Positions 49,676 to 59,969 of a stretch of DNA of 64,000 nucleotides are shown in pieces (the stretch's first letter is position 1; every line of letters begins with the position of its first letter). Position numbers and translations under genes: made by a program. The stretch lies in assembly GCA_965248265.1 (NCBI GenBank), contig CBDFJF010000002.1:3936001-4000000 (forward strand). The letters are read 5' to 3'. The DNA comes from Candidatus Latescibacterota bacterium. GTDB taxonomy: Bacteria; Latescibacterota; UBA2968; UBA8231. Below the pieces are notes generated by a model, which was not told the DNA's origin, made no database searches, and worked only from the letters and a program-made list of their open reading frames with translations.

Positions 49676-50536
49676 ATGCCCAGCCCTTCCTTCGGCGCTC
49701 ACGAATCCATCGCCGGTGGCCTCTGCAATGCCATCACCAGAGGCCAGACGGCAACTTGTGATGTCGTTCAGATTTTCAACAAGTCGAACAATCAATGGCG
49801 TGCCAAGAAGCTGGGAGGCGAGGAGATCGAACAGTATTTCGCAGCACAGGAAGAGACCGGAATATCCACGGTCTGCTCGCACAACAGTTACCTGATCAAC
49901 CTGGCTTCACCGGATGAGGCCCTCAATGAGAAGTCCTACGAGGCCTTCAAGATCGAAGTCGAGCGCTGCAACCTGCTCAAGATCCCTAACCTCGTCTTCC
50001 ACCCGGGCTCGCACGTGGGTTCCGGCGAAGAGGCCGGCATGGACCTGATTGCGCGAAACCTCAACCGCCTTGTCGACGAGATCCCCGACAACACGGTCAC
50101 CCTGTGCCTGGAAGCCACGGCCGGCCAGGGCAGCAATCTGGGGTATCGTTTCGAACAGCTGGCCTACATCATCGACCGCATCGACGACGATGGCCACGTC
50201 GGTGTCTGCCTGGACAGCTGTCACATTTTCGCGGCCGGGTACCCGATCACCGAGCCCTCCGACTATGCCGAGACGATGCGTCAGTTCGACGCCATCGTGG
50301 GTCGGTCGCGCATCAAGATTTTCCATATCAACGACAGCAAGCGTGAATTGGGATCCAAAGTCGACCGCCATGAACACATCGGGCAGGGAGAAATCGGTCC
50401 AGGCGGGTTCGCCAACATCGTCAACGACCCGGCGATGAAGTCGGTGCCGATGATACTGGAAACACCCAAGGAGGACGATCTGCAGGATGACATCGACAAT
50501 CTCAGGGTGCTGCGTTCCATGGTGAAGGAGAACTGA
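49676..50536 (+). CDS. nfo: Endonuclease IV
   Basis: GAHESIAGG, HNSYLINL, FHPG, LE..AGQG, DSCH, HINDS, DRHEHIG, LETP. Confidence 0.96.
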   Translation: MPSPSFGAHESIAGGLCNAITRGQTATCDVVQIFNKSNNQWRAKKLGGEEIEQYFAAQEETGISTVCSHNSYLINLASPDEALNEKSYEAFKIEVERCNLLKIPNLVFHPGSHVGSGEEAGMDLIARNLNRLVDEIPDNTVTLCLEATAGQGSNLGYRFEQLAYIIDRIDDDGHVGVCLDSCHIFAAGYPITEPSDYAETMRQFDAIVGRSRIKIFHINDSKRELGSKVDRHEHIGQGEIGPGGFANIVNDPAMKSVPMILETPKEDDLQDDIDNLRVLRSMVKEN

Positions 50537-51928
50537 ATGGCCGGTTGGGAATCGTACCTGGATGATCACGCCGAGCGTTTCGTCGACGAGCTGTTGGAGT
50601 TCCTGAGGATCCCCAGCATTTCTGCACTGCCAGACAACGCGGATGATGTGCGACGGGCCGCCGTGTGGGTCACCGATCGCCTGCGGGCGGCCGGGGTGGA
50701 GAATGTCGAAGTGCTGGAGACGGAGGGCTTGCCCAGTGTGTATGGGGATTGGTTCCATGCGCCGGGCCGCCCCACATTGCTGATCTACGGCCATTTCGAC
50801 ACCCAACCCGTGGACCCAGTGGAATTGTGGACGGACGGCCCATTCGATCCTCAGGTTCGCGACGGACGGATCTACGCTCGCGGTTCCTCGGATGACAAGG
50901 GCAACATGCTGCTGCCGATCCTGGCCGTCGAGGCCCTGCTCGCATCGACTGGCGGCCTGCCCGTGAACGTGAAATTCCTGCTGGAGGGCGAAGAAGAGAG
51001 CGGCAGCCAGCATCTTCCCGCCTTGGTTTCAAAGCACCAGGAACGCCTGCAATGTGATTGGGCACTCTGCGCCGACGGGACCCAGCGCGGTGAGGAGGAG
51101 CCCGCCGTGCTGCGGGGTTTCAAGGGGATGTGCGCCCTGCAGGTTGACGTGACCGGTCCCAACATGGACCTGCACTCGGGTATTTTTGGGGGCACCGTCC
51201 ACAACCCCCTACACGCGCTCAGCCAGATGCTGGCTTCCATGCACGCTGAGGATGGTCGCGTGCTCGTAGACGGGTTCTACGATGATGTGATTCCCTTAGC
51301 CGGTGTCGAGCAAGACTTGATCGCCGAAGTTCCCTGCGATGACGCAGAGTACCAGGCACTGCTGGGCGTTGCCGAGCTCTTTGGAGAGCCCGGATATACC
51401 ACCCTCGAGCGCGCCTGGGCGAGACCAACGCTGGAAGTCAACGGCATGTGGGGCGGATTCAGCGGTGATGCCGTGAAGACGGTTCTACCTTCACAGGCAC
51501 ACGCCAAAATCACCTGCCGCCTGGTTCCTGACCAAAACCCGGAGAGGATTTCCGGCCTGGTTGCCGATCATTTGAAGAACCACCGTCCGCCGGGGGTTGA
51601 AGTCTCCGTCAACATCGAGGAGTCGCAGGCATGGCCTTATCTCATGCCGGTGGACCATCCGGGAAATCGGGCCGCCCATATAGTCCTGGAACAGCTGTAC
51701 GGGAGACCGCCCTATTACACCAGGCTCGGCGGTAGCCTGCCGGTGTGCGGCATCCTTCTGGACGTCCTCGACGTCTACACGGTCACATTCTCCTTTGGCC
51801 TGGAAGATGAGAACGCACACGCCCCGGATGAATTCTTCCGCTTGAGCAGCTTCGAGCGCGGCCAGCGCGCCTATTGCATGCTGCTTGAACAAACCGGCAC
51901 CACAGCGGCCGCTACATCGGGCGGGTGA
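50537..51928 (+). CDS. M20 family dipeptidase
   Basis: YGHFDTQP, RGSSDDKG, EGEEESGS, DLHSG, HAPDE. Confidence 0.93.
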   Translation: MAGWESYLDDHAERFVDELLEFLRIPSISALPDNADDVRRAAVWVTDRLRAAGVENVEVLETEGLPSVYGDWFHAPGRPTLLIYGHFDTQPVDPVELWTDGPFDPQVRDGRIYARGSSDDKGNMLLPILAVEALLASTGGLPVNVKFLLEGEEESGSQHLPALVSKHQERLQCDWALCADGTQRGEEEPAVLRGFKGMCALQVDVTGPNMDLHSGIFGGTVHNPLHALSQMLASMHAEDGRVLVDGFYDDVIPLAGVEQDLIAEVPCDDAEYQALLGVAELFGEPGYTTLERAWARPTLEVNGMWGGFSGDAVKTVLPSQAHAKITCRLVPDQNPERISGLVADHLKNHRPPGVEVSVNIEESQAWPYLMPVDHPGNRAAHIVLEQLYGRPPYYTRLGGSLPVCGILLDVLDVYTVTFSFGLEDENAHAPDEFFRLSSFERGQRAYCMLLEQTGTTAAATSGG

Positions 51929-51930
51929 TT

Positions 51931-54900
51931 CTAGGCGGCCATGCTTTCGCGCAAGCGGCCGGAGAGAATACGCATCATGTTGAAGGCGATCGAAGAGTAG
52001 CGCCGGAGAATGCGTTCCAGGTCGCCGCGTTGCAGAGAGAGCAGGGCGCATTCTCGCACGGCGATCACGGAAGCTGAGCGCGGCTCGTCATCCAGCAGGG
52101 CCATGTCGCCGAACACCTGCTTGTCCTGCATCGTCGCTATCAGATGGCCCCCGGTGACATCCGTGCCAGAGGCTTCTTCTTCGTTATCGAAGCGCCGGAC
52201 TTCCAACTCCCCCTCGACGACGATGTACATCTTGTCCCCTAAGGTGCCCTGACGAATGACTGTAGTGCCATCTTTCACGCTCTCTTCCTGGACGGATAGT
52301 GCGATGTGGTAGAGTTCCTCCAGGGGTAGGGCGGCGAAAAATGGAGATGCCTTCAGGAAGGTGATCTTTTCCATGCTGGTCAGGGGTTGATCTCTTTCCA
52401 TGTCACTCCCTCTCTTGTGTCCGCTTGTGTTTCCATTAGTTCGCTGATTCATCATTTCCGCAATCGGTTCATCCACGGAGTCGGGCAAACTATCCAATAG
52501 ATCCCTGCGATCGTTGGTGATGGCGACCCAGGCGGAGGCCATCTGCGTCCAGCGGTCGTGCGAGCCCAGCGCGCACCGCAGCGCCTCGTCGATGCCACGT
52601 TGGCCTCTTCCATCCCAGTCGACGTTGGCGCCGGCAGCGAGCCTGCCCTCCTCTTCGTCGTCGCTCATCAGCGGCAGCAGCAGCTGCATCAAGGCGGAGT
52701 CGCCGATGTTTTCGAGCAATTCGATGGCATTCTCGCGAGCTGCCTCATCCTCCTCGTTGAGCCTGTCCAGCAGACTGTTGACGATGCCGACGTCACCCAG
52801 ATGTCCCAGTACCCGGATGGTCCCATTCTGTGCCGCGCGGCACTGCAGTTGAAGCTGATCTGCCAACAGATCAGACGCCTGCCCGGGGCATTGCCGCCTG
52901 ACGATAGATGATGCTACCAGATAGGTATTGGCCTCGTGCAGCCGTGCCGAACACGACCCCACAACTTCCGGGATCAAGGCTTCGTCCTCTTGATCCACCA
53001 GGGCACTGACCAGTCTCTCCCAGTGAGGCAGCGGACGTTCGCGCAGAGCCTGCACCAGGGGGTCCCCCCTATTGGCTCCCACATTCGAGCGCAGTCCGCT
53101 GACTGCGGCGTCCGCGACATCGGGATCCGGGTCGCCGAGCAATTCCAACATGGTATCGAGGATTCCTTCATCCGGCAGGTCACGCAGGCCGGCGATCGCG
53201 CTTTCACGCACCGCGGCATGGGCGTGTGACAGGTGCTCGATGATCTGTGGGAACCCGGCCGCCAGTCCCATGCGGGCGGCCGCCGCGATACCTGCCGTGA
53301 TCTCCTCGACCGAATCGCTTTCCAGCAGCTGCTCAACCATGATCGTTTGCATCGATGCCGATCCCGGATCATCCAGCCGGTGCAGGATGAACAGAAGCTG
53401 GCCCAACAACGCGGCATTGTTGGCCGCGGACACCAGCCGTGGTGAAACCGCGTCGATGATCTGCACCCTCAATTCCGCTTCGATGGCATCGTGCCCGGTG
53501 GACCCACCATCCGCTTCGGTCGCAGTCTCGACGGACTGTGCGATAACGCGTGCCGCGCTCTGCTGGACTTCGCTGTCCTCGTCGTCCAGGAGCGGAAGCG
53601 TCTGACTGATCACCTCTGGCAATGCGGTGGATGATGAGACCCCGCCCATCGCCTCCAGGGCGGCACTTCGGATCCGGGGGTTTTCGTGAGTCGTCAACGG
53701 CAGACAGATCGGCACGGCCGCATCCGAGCTTCGACGTAGGATCTCGATTCCCATCTCTCGCACCGAGTCTTCCCGATGCAGCAACAGACTCTGTGCGAAT
53801 TCACCAGACTGGGCGATCACTTCGTTCAGTGATTGCATCGCCTGCTCGTCATCCATGGCAACATTGCGCTCTTGGACAGCCTTGATCAACACTTCGGTAT
53901 AGCTGGCGCGTAGGCGCCAGCCGGTGACCACCATCAAGCCCGCGATGACCCCGAGGAGGGCGAAAAACTCCCATAGGGCGAGTAACTCTCGCGCATGCAG
54001 GGCCGTAACCCCTGCTCCCAACAACCCGCCGAACAGCATGAACCCTCCCTCCATGATCATGCGTGTTCCATCGCTGTTGCGAGGCGGAACCAGCTTGATC
54101 AGGACCTGGTACGTGGGGGCAATGATGCTGTCGAGGAGCACGTAATTGAGGACATTACACACGAAAATGACCACGACTATGGATGCCGGCAGGATGCCCT
54201 CGAAAACAGACAGCAACACCAGGGCGATCACCAGGTGAACGGCGCACACCCACATGTACAGGCTGCCGACCCCGAGCCACCTGAGCACTCGGCGCAGCGC
54301 GAGTGTGGTAACGACGAGGGTAGCCACTCCGGCCACGCCAAAAAACAATCCGAAGAAAGCGGTGATATCGCCTTCTGACGAGTAGTGTTGACGAGCAACC
54401 ACGTTGAAGCCGTAATGGATGGCCGTGTACAGAGCGAACAAGGCCAGCGACAGAATGAAGAGCAATTTGAGGTAACTGGATCCTGCGAAGTATTTGAGGT
54501 TCTCTCCGATCGTGGCTGCTTCGGTTTCCTCTCCCGCGCTGGCGGCCGAAACGAAGTAGCGACGCATCAGGGGGCGAAGCAGCAGGATGACGATGATGGC
54601 GTTGAGGACGGACAGACCATACGTCTCGTGGGAAGCCAGGTAGGCCCCCAGGACACCCACCAGGAATCCGCCGCCGATATCGCCGAGGGTGGTACTGGCT
54701 GCCAGCAGGGGGAACAAGACCTTCGCTCTCGACGTGAAGCAAATTCCACCGGCGATGATCCAGATCTGAAAATTGGCCATGCTGCGGACGATCTCAGAGG
54801 AGATGAACAGGAAGGGATAGAATCCCGATCCAGCCAGATCGGCCCCATCCCCGCCCTGATCCACCCACAGCAGCACAGCATTGATGGCAAGTACGACGAC

Positions 54901-55176
54901 CATGAAGCCAAGCAGGCCGAAGATCAATCGCTCTCGTCTTACCTTGGTGGTCAGGTAGGAGAGCAACACCATGGTCAGAGAGAACAGCCAGGCGATCCAC
55001 GTGTACATCTCCGGCAACCGATCGACGCCGGCGCGCACGTTGAAGACCCCCGCCGACACGCTTTTGACGATAGCATCGTTGATGGCCACGAGAAGAAAAA
55101 TCAGTGCGGCCAGCGAGATGCGGGGAACCTCACTGCGGCGCAGACTCAACAGTCTAAGGAGGGTGTTCATCGTCAC
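51931..55176 (-). CDS. NTT/Npt-like nucleotide transporter fused to HEAT repeats and a cNMP-binding domain
   Basis: About 12 N-terminal TM helices (FQIW...RAKVLFP), HEAT repeats, C-terminal FGDMALLDDEPRSASV. Confidence 0.8.
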   Translation of the reverse strand: MTMNTLLRLLSLRRSEVPRISLAALIFLLVAINDAIVKSVSAGVFNVRAGVDRLPEMYTWIAWLFSLTMVLLSYLTTKVRRERLIFGLLGFMVVVLAINAVLLWVDQGGDGADLAGSGFYPFLFISSEIVRSMANFQIWIIAGGICFTSRAKVLFPLLAASTTLGDIGGGFLVGVLGAYLASHETYGLSVLNAIIVILLLRPLMRRYFVSAASAGEETEAATIGENLKYFAGSSYLKLLFILSLALFALYTAIHYGFNVVARQHYSSEGDITAFFGLFFGVAGVATLVVTTLALRRVLRWLGVGSLYMWVCAVHLVIALVLLSVFEGILPASIVVVIFVCNVLNYVLLDSIIAPTYQVLIKLVPPRNSDGTRMIMEGGFMLFGGLLGAGVTALHARELLALWEFFALLGVIAGLMVVTGWRLRASYTEVLIKAVQERNVAMDDEQAMQSLNEVIAQSGEFAQSLLLHREDSVREMGIEILRRSSDAAVPICLPLTTHENPRIRSAALEAMGGVSSSTALPEVISQTLPLLDDEDSEVQQSAARVIAQSVETATEADGGSTGHDAIEAELRVQIIDAVSPRLVSAANNAALLGQLLFILHRLDDPGSASMQTIMVEQLLESDSVEEITAGIAAAARMGLAAGFPQIIEHLSHAHAAVRESAIAGLRDLPDEGILDTMLELLGDPDPDVADAAVSGLRSNVGANRGDPLVQALRERPLPHWERLVSALVDQEDEALIPEVVGSCSARLHEANTYLVASSIVRRQCPGQASDLLADQLQLQCRAAQNGTIRVLGHLGDVGIVNSLLDRLNEEDEAARENAIELLENIGDSALMQLLLPLMSDDEEEGRLAAGANVDWDGRGQRGIDEALRCALGSHDRWTQMASAWVAITNDRRDLLDSLPDSVDEPIAEMMNQRTNGNTSGHKRGSDMERDQPLTSMEKITFLKASPFFAALPLEELYHIALSVQEESVKDGTTVIRQGTLGDKMYIVVEGELEVRRFDNEEEASGTDVTGGHLIATMQDKQVFGDMALLDDEPRSASVIAVRECALLSLQRGDLERILRRYSSIAFNMMRILSGRLRESMAA

Positions 55177-55189
55177 TCACGCTTCGGCA

Positions 55190-56227
55190 TCAGCTGTCAC
55201 CCTTGTCCGAGGCGTCGCCCTTCCCCCACACGTCAATCATTTGCGGCCCCTGGGCGATATACTCCTCGGAAGAGACCTCATCGAGTGATCGCAGACGCTC
55301 AGTGACCTCGGAGATCCGCTTAACCTGCTCCTCAATCTTGCGCAACTTCCTCGTCGTCTTGTCATCGAGATCCGGATTCATCAAGCGCATGGCTTGTGCG
55401 TTGGTCGAGATGATCAAAAGCGGATTGTTGATCTCGTGATTGATCGTAACCACCATCTGCCCGACGGTAGCCAGCTTTTCCATGCGCATGAGCTCTTGTT
55501 CCAGACGCACACGTTCCGTGATATCCGTCGTCATCAGGATCGTGCCCGTGAGTCCGCCACCCTGATCACGCAACGGGGTGACTTCCGTCGACAAGACCAG
55601 ATCGCCCTGTTCTGTGTTGAAGGATCCTTTCTCTGCTTCAGCGGCCTGCACCGAACCGGCGATGATTTCCTGGCACAACGCATGCCAACGCGAGCCGGGA
55701 TCGTCGGGCAGAACCTGGAGCAGGGTAGACCCGATCACACCAACCAGGTCGGCGACGCCGGCCAGCTTGTTGAAAAATCCGAGCATCTGGGGGTTGGCGG
55801 AAGTAATGCGCAGATTGTGATCGAGGACGACAACCCCGACCGGTATCTGACCCAATATCTGCTCCAGATAATGTCGTGCAGTCACCTGGATATCACGGGT
55901 GAGCATTTCGCTGGTGCGATCCGTGAACATGACGAGGTACTCTCCTTCTTCGTCATCCCCATGCAGGTTGATACTCACCTCGAACGAACTGTCGCCGTTA
56001 CGCCAGGAGAATCGCTCCTCTTCTCCGGGAGACAGGCTGGCCGTCGCCAATGCCAGATTGTCTCCGAGTTCGGTTTGTGTGTCTGCCAAGGCCTGGGCGA
56101 GACGCTCGCAATTACCAGATCCAACTGCCAGACCAACTGCTTTGAGCGCAGCTTTGTTGCAGTCAAGGACTTCGAGTGCATCATTGACGATCATCGCAGC
56201 CTGCGGAAGGGCATCCAGTTGCATCAC
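55190..56227 (-). CDS. PAS-PAS-HisKA protein lacking an HATPase domain
   Basis: Two PAS-like regions; H-box INHEINNPL; ORF ends ~80 aa later with no N/G boxes. Confidence 0.85.
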   Translation of the reverse strand: MMQLDALPQAAMIVNDALEVLDCNKAALKAVGLAVGSGNCERLAQALADTQTELGDNLALATASLSPGEEERFSWRNGDSSFEVSINLHGDDEEGEYLVMFTDRTSEMLTRDIQVTARHYLEQILGQIPVGVVVLDHNLRITSANPQMLGFFNKLAGVADLVGVIGSTLLQVLPDDPGSRWHALCQEIIAGSVQAAEAEKGSFNTEQGDLVLSTEVTPLRDQGGGLTGTILMTTDITERVRLEQELMRMEKLATVGQMVVTINHEINNPLLIISTNAQAMRLMNPDLDDKTTRKLRKIEEQVKRISEVTERLRSLDEVSSEEYIAQGPQMIDVWGKGDASDKGDS

Positions 56228-57054
56228 ATCCTCTTCAGATCTTTCAGCTCTGTGTTCATCCGCTCCATCACCGAGCGGACGTCAGCGACCTCCATCCCTA
56301 ACGTCTCGAGAGCGCTAGGCATCAGTCGCGGAATCTTGCTGTCCCCACCGTTGCCGAACGCCTCGGCTCGGCAAAGAACGTCGGCCAGATGCAGGATAGC
56401 TGTCCGTCCGGCATGATCTCGCTGCGGACGGAAATCATGGTGATCGACGATAGGCATGACGAGTTTGGCGGGTAGAGCCCACTTTTCCAGCAACCAGCCC
56501 GCGATGTCGCCGTGATGGCAACCCATCACCTGTTGCTCTGCATCGCAGAACAGCATGTCGAGTTTGTCCACCCTGCGCTTCACCATGCCAAATTCTGTTT
56601 CCAGCGTCTGGCACAGAACCACCTTGCCCAGGTCGTGGAGCAGCCCGATGACGCTGATTTCCTCCGGACTGGTCTCATCTCCCAATTCCGCGATGAAGAC
56701 ACAGGTTCGAGCGCATGCCAGCGAGTGCTGCCACAGCCCAGGAAGTGCCTGGTCCATGATCTCGAGTACGGAGGCACTGACAACGAGGCTCTTTACCGCA
56801 TCGAAACCGAGCATGGTCACGGCGTGGGACACGGTTGAGATCGGCTGCGAGAATCCGTAGAACCCTGAGTTTACCAACTTCAGCACTTTGGCAGACAGCA
56901 CTTGATCCTTGGCAATCTCATCACCCAACTGTTTGCCGGTAGTTTGTGGGTTGTCGACTATCTCCATCACCCGCACAATGACCGTCGGCAACGTCGGCAG
57001 ATTACCAGACTGCTCAATGCGGGCGCGGATCGCGCCCTTACGGTCTTGACTCAT
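56224..57054 (-). CDS. HDOD domain protein
   Basis: LPTLP, DQVLSAKVLKLVNSGFYG, WQHS, GLLHDLGK, W.LP. Confidence 0.95.
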   Translation of the reverse strand: MSQDRKGAIRARIEQSGNLPTLPTVIVRVMEIVDNPQTTGKQLGDEIAKDQVLSAKVLKLVNSGFYGFSQPISTVSHAVTMLGFDAVKSLVVSASVLEIMDQALPGLWQHSLACARTCVFIAELGDETSPEEISVIGLLHDLGKVVLCQTLETEFGMVKRRVDKLDMLFCDAEQQVMGCHHGDIAGWLLEKWALPAKLVMPIVDHHDFRPQRDHAGRTAILHLADVLCRAEAFGNGGDSKIPRLMPSALETLGMEVADVRSVMERMNTELKDLKRM

Positions 57055-57356
57055 CCCGGCCTTCGACTGAGATGCGTGCGCGCCACTCGTTTGATTTCTA
57101 GCATCAACTCATCCCCCTCCCATTCGGAGAAGCGATGCTCCAGTGCCTGGATCAGGGCATCGTCGTCCGCTCCCTCTTCACCATCTGCTTCATCCCCCTC
57201 TACGTGCAATTGGTTGATCCCCCAACCCTGCAAACGCGAGAGCACCGCCGGCGACAGCTTGGCCCCTTTGGGCAGCAACACCCGGCCCTGATCGTTGACT
57301 ACCGGTTCGGCCACGATATCCCCGACTTGGGCCTGTCCCACAGCTATCTCTTGCAT
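57051..57356 (-). CDS. Small hypothetical protein resembling the N-terminal module of HD-GYP/HDOD proteins
   Basis: GDIVAEPVVNDQGRVLLPKGAKLS...L..WGI; overlaps the HDOD start. Confidence 0.75.
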   Translation of the reverse strand: MQEIAVGQAQVGDIVAEPVVNDQGRVLLPKGAKLSPAVLSRLQGWGINQLHVEGDEADGEEGADDDALIQALEHRFSEWEGDELMLEIKRVARTHLSRRPG

Positions 57357-57384
57357 GGCTCGGTGTCTCTCCTGTGCATGGCGA

Positions 57385-58218
57385 TCACGGTTCCTTGAGC
57401 TCCGCCTTCGTCCAAAACTGCTTGAAATGCTCCTTCAACCACCCCATGGGCGAATGCGCGATCGAGTTGAATCCACCCCAGGTCCAGCGCACGGGCCAGT
57501 CGCGGCTGCGGGTGATTCGACGGACCACCTGCGCTCGCGCACCCACTGCCAACGTCACCCCCTTGCTGAGCCGCATGAGGGTCCGTTCGTACGCCGCGGT
57601 GAGCAGATTGTAGGCGTGTTGCTCGAGCTTCGCAGCGTCCATGACGCGGACTCGAGGACACAGCATGCCTGATTCTCTGACGGCGAACTCCTTCAACCAA
57701 CTCTCTGGCAAAGTGCCACGGTGTTTTTCGATGGCCTCCTCAATCGTCTGGGGATTCATCACCGCGTAGGTACGACAGATCAACGGTCGCACTGGGTAGA
57801 TCGAACAGTGATTGTTTTCCGCGAGGAAGGGGCAGCGCTGTGGACGCTCGACTCTGTGAGAGAGCAACTCATCGCGACGCGATGGTGAAAACTGTGCGGT
57901 GATGTAGTCTACGATGTTGACGTACTCAGCCGTGTAGAGCGGAAACATCGTGGCCCATCCCTGGCGCATCTCGTCCTCGGTGAGGGCGCAACACTCGCCG
58001 GAGTTCGCACAGCAGGTGGAAGGCACTTGGTCGTACATCGCCTGCAGCTGCTCCGCCAGCGTGCCCTCAGGGCCTGCCTCCGCCCCCTGTTCGACTTTGG
58101 AGGGCCCTGCCTCGACGGGACCTACTCCATCGTCCGCGGATGTCGCCAATGAGACCAGCCTGGTTTCGTTGATTGAGGAGGGATAGAGAGCGGCCAGAAC
58201 CTTGAAAAAATGCCCCAT
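57385..58218 (-). CDS. YkgJ-family cysteine-cluster protein
   Basis: CANSGECC, CPFL, CSIYPVRPLICRTY. Confidence 0.88.
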   Translation of the reverse strand: MGHFFKVLAALYPSSINETRLVSLATSADDGVGPVEAGPSKVEQGAEAGPEGTLAEQLQAMYDQVPSTCCANSGECCALTEDEMRQGWATMFPLYTAEYVNIVDYITAQFSPSRRDELLSHRVERPQRCPFLAENNHCSIYPVRPLICRTYAVMNPQTIEEAIEKHRGTLPESWLKEFAVRESGMLCPRVRVMDAAKLEQHAYNLLTAAYERTLMRLSKGVTLAVGARAQVVRRITRSRDWPVRWTWGGFNSIAHSPMGWLKEHFKQFWTKAELKEP

Positions 58219-58304
58219 CGCCTGAAAATAGGCAAACGCTGGAGCACGGCGTTTTTCTTGACGGCCGTTCTGATCCAGGCTTATATCTGAATCGTGAGGT
58301 CAAG

Positions 58305-58481
58305 GTGACGAAACCGAAGAAATTCCTGGGCGTTCACTATCAATGTTGTAACGTCTACGCTCGCGCGTACGTCAACAAGGAAAAATCCGCCTATACCGGC
58401 GCCTGCCCCAGCTGCGGCAAGCAGGTGAAGGTCGCGATCGGTCCCGGTGGCACGGACAACCGTTTCTTTTCGGCGCGTTGA
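58305..58481 (+). CDS. 58-aa zinc-ribbon-like protein absent from the ORF track
   Basis: GTG start after GAGG; MTKPKKFLGVHYQCCNVYARAYVNKEKSAYTGACPSCGKQVKVAIGPGGTDNRFFSAR. Confidence 0.75.
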   Translation: MTKPKKFLGVHYQCCNVYARAYVNKEKSAYTGACPSCGKQVKVAIGPGGTDNRFFSAR

Positions 58482-58508
58482 GCCGGGGATAGCCCGAGAC
58501 GATTTCAG

Positions 58509-59792
58509 TCAGCTGCTGCTGAGGCCACTGATCATGTCGGTGATCGTGGTGCGAATGATTGCCTCGCTGTCCGGCGAAATCATTCGAGTGCTTGGATAGA
58601 CCTTGTAGGCGTCTTCAACCTCATACCCCCCGTGCTCATACTCATCTGCCGTCGGCACGTAACCGATACAGCCATTGGCATACCCGCACAGAACGACCGG
58701 CCCTAACTCTGTTGACCGCTCCAGGTCCAGCTGATAGCGGACGAACATCTCGCCCTCCATTCCCAGCATGATCATTGAGCCGATGCGCAGCGCCTGGATT
58801 TCGAAAGGCGAAACCCCGTCGTCCCGGACGCCCGGTCGCGTGTCACGGACCCACTGAAGGTACGCCTGGGGAACCAACTGGTCCCAGTAGTCCGCGCCCC
58901 CAAGCCACTTCTTAGCCGTCGCTCGTGCCTTCAACACCATCACCCTCGCTGAGAGGCTCAATCGACCAGGAGACTCCAACAACGGCAGGGACACGGTCTT
59001 CTGTCGCACAGCAAGGGCTCCATCGGAAACGGCTTCACCATCCTGTTCCAGCCCATCGAGAACCGCGCGCCCCAACTCACTTCCCAATTCATCCACCTGC
59101 TGGTGAGTTCCATCGGTGAGGCGAGGGTTGATATCAGCACAGGCTCCATTCACGAACAGGGCTAACGAAGCACCAGCCTCTTCAATCACGCGGGCGGCAG
59201 CCCCTGGAAATTCCGCCGAGATCCCATGATTTCTCGGCCCCATCACGACAGGGTGACAGGCATGGCTGAAGACGATGGCCTTGCGAGCGGCGGTAGCGAT
59301 TTCAAGTACGTGAGCACACGATGGGACCGGACCATCCGGATCCCTCCGGTTGTGACCGATCTGAGCAGGTGTCTGAACATAGCGCAGTGTGGCTGGCTCT
59401 TGAGTCTCGTTCGCGGCAGCCATCGTGGCCACGGCTGAGTCCCGCAGCCGATCCATGTAGTCGGTATCCATCTCGCCCATGCCGCGAAACGCCAGTGTTA
59501 GTGGTCCCGCATGGGTGTGGGTACAGCAGACCATCACTGCGTCCTGCGAGATCCCGGTAAACGCGGCGATGCGATCCCTGATGACACGGACGTCTTCTGC
59601 TGACAGCGCGATGACGTCCAGGACAATCAAGGCCACGCTGGTGTCGTTGTCGCTGACAACGAGTGCCTTGACCAGCAGACGATCAAGAACCGCAGTCGAT
59701 CCGCTTGTCCGGCCCCAGTAGCCTCCCATGTGGGTGCCCTCCGGGGGTGTGATGTCGGCACTGGACCAGCCAGCCCGCAACTCAAGGCTCAT
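58509..59792 (-). CDS. Neutral/alkaline ceramidase-like hydrolase
   Basis: DITPP, CTHTHAGP, NRR, ACHP, NGACADINP, GYVPT...GGYE. Confidence 0.82.
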   Translation of the reverse strand: MSLELRAGWSSADITPPEGTHMGGYWGRTSGSTAVLDRLLVKALVVSDNDTSVALIVLDVIALSAEDVRVIRDRIAAFTGISQDAVMVCCTHTHAGPLTLAFRGMGEMDTDYMDRLRDSAVATMAAANETQEPATLRYVQTPAQIGHNRRDPDGPVPSCAHVLEIATAARKAIVFSHACHPVVMGPRNHGISAEFPGAAARVIEEAGASLALFVNGACADINPRLTDGTHQQVDELGSELGRAVLDGLEQDGEAVSDGALAVRQKTVSLPLLESPGRLSLSARVMVLKARATAKKWLGGADYWDQLVPQAYLQWVRDTRPGVRDDGVSPFEIQALRIGSMIMLGMEGEMFVRYQLDLERSTELGPVVLCGYANGCIGYVPTADEYEHGGYEVEDAYKVYPSTRMISPDSEAIIRTTITDMISGLSSS

Positions 59793-59807
59793 GTTTCAAA
59801 CGGCTAG

Positions 59808-59969
59808 GAGCCTGTCCGAGTATTCGCTTTGATAGGCGAGGGGGCGTCATTGTCGTCGATGGCAAGGCGCGTGATCGATCTGAATTGATGAATTCAGAGA
59901 GAGAAACGGAACGCTGGCAGTGGCGGCAATGACGCCCCCGCAGCCCAAATGGGATATTCGGACAGGCTC
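59808..59969. mobile_element. 162-bp MITE with 18-bp terminal inverted repeats and CTAG target duplication
   Basis: CTAG-GAGCCTGTCCGAGTATTC ... GGATATTCGGACAGGCTC-CTAG (16/18 match); nested internal inverted repeats. Confidence 0.82.
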
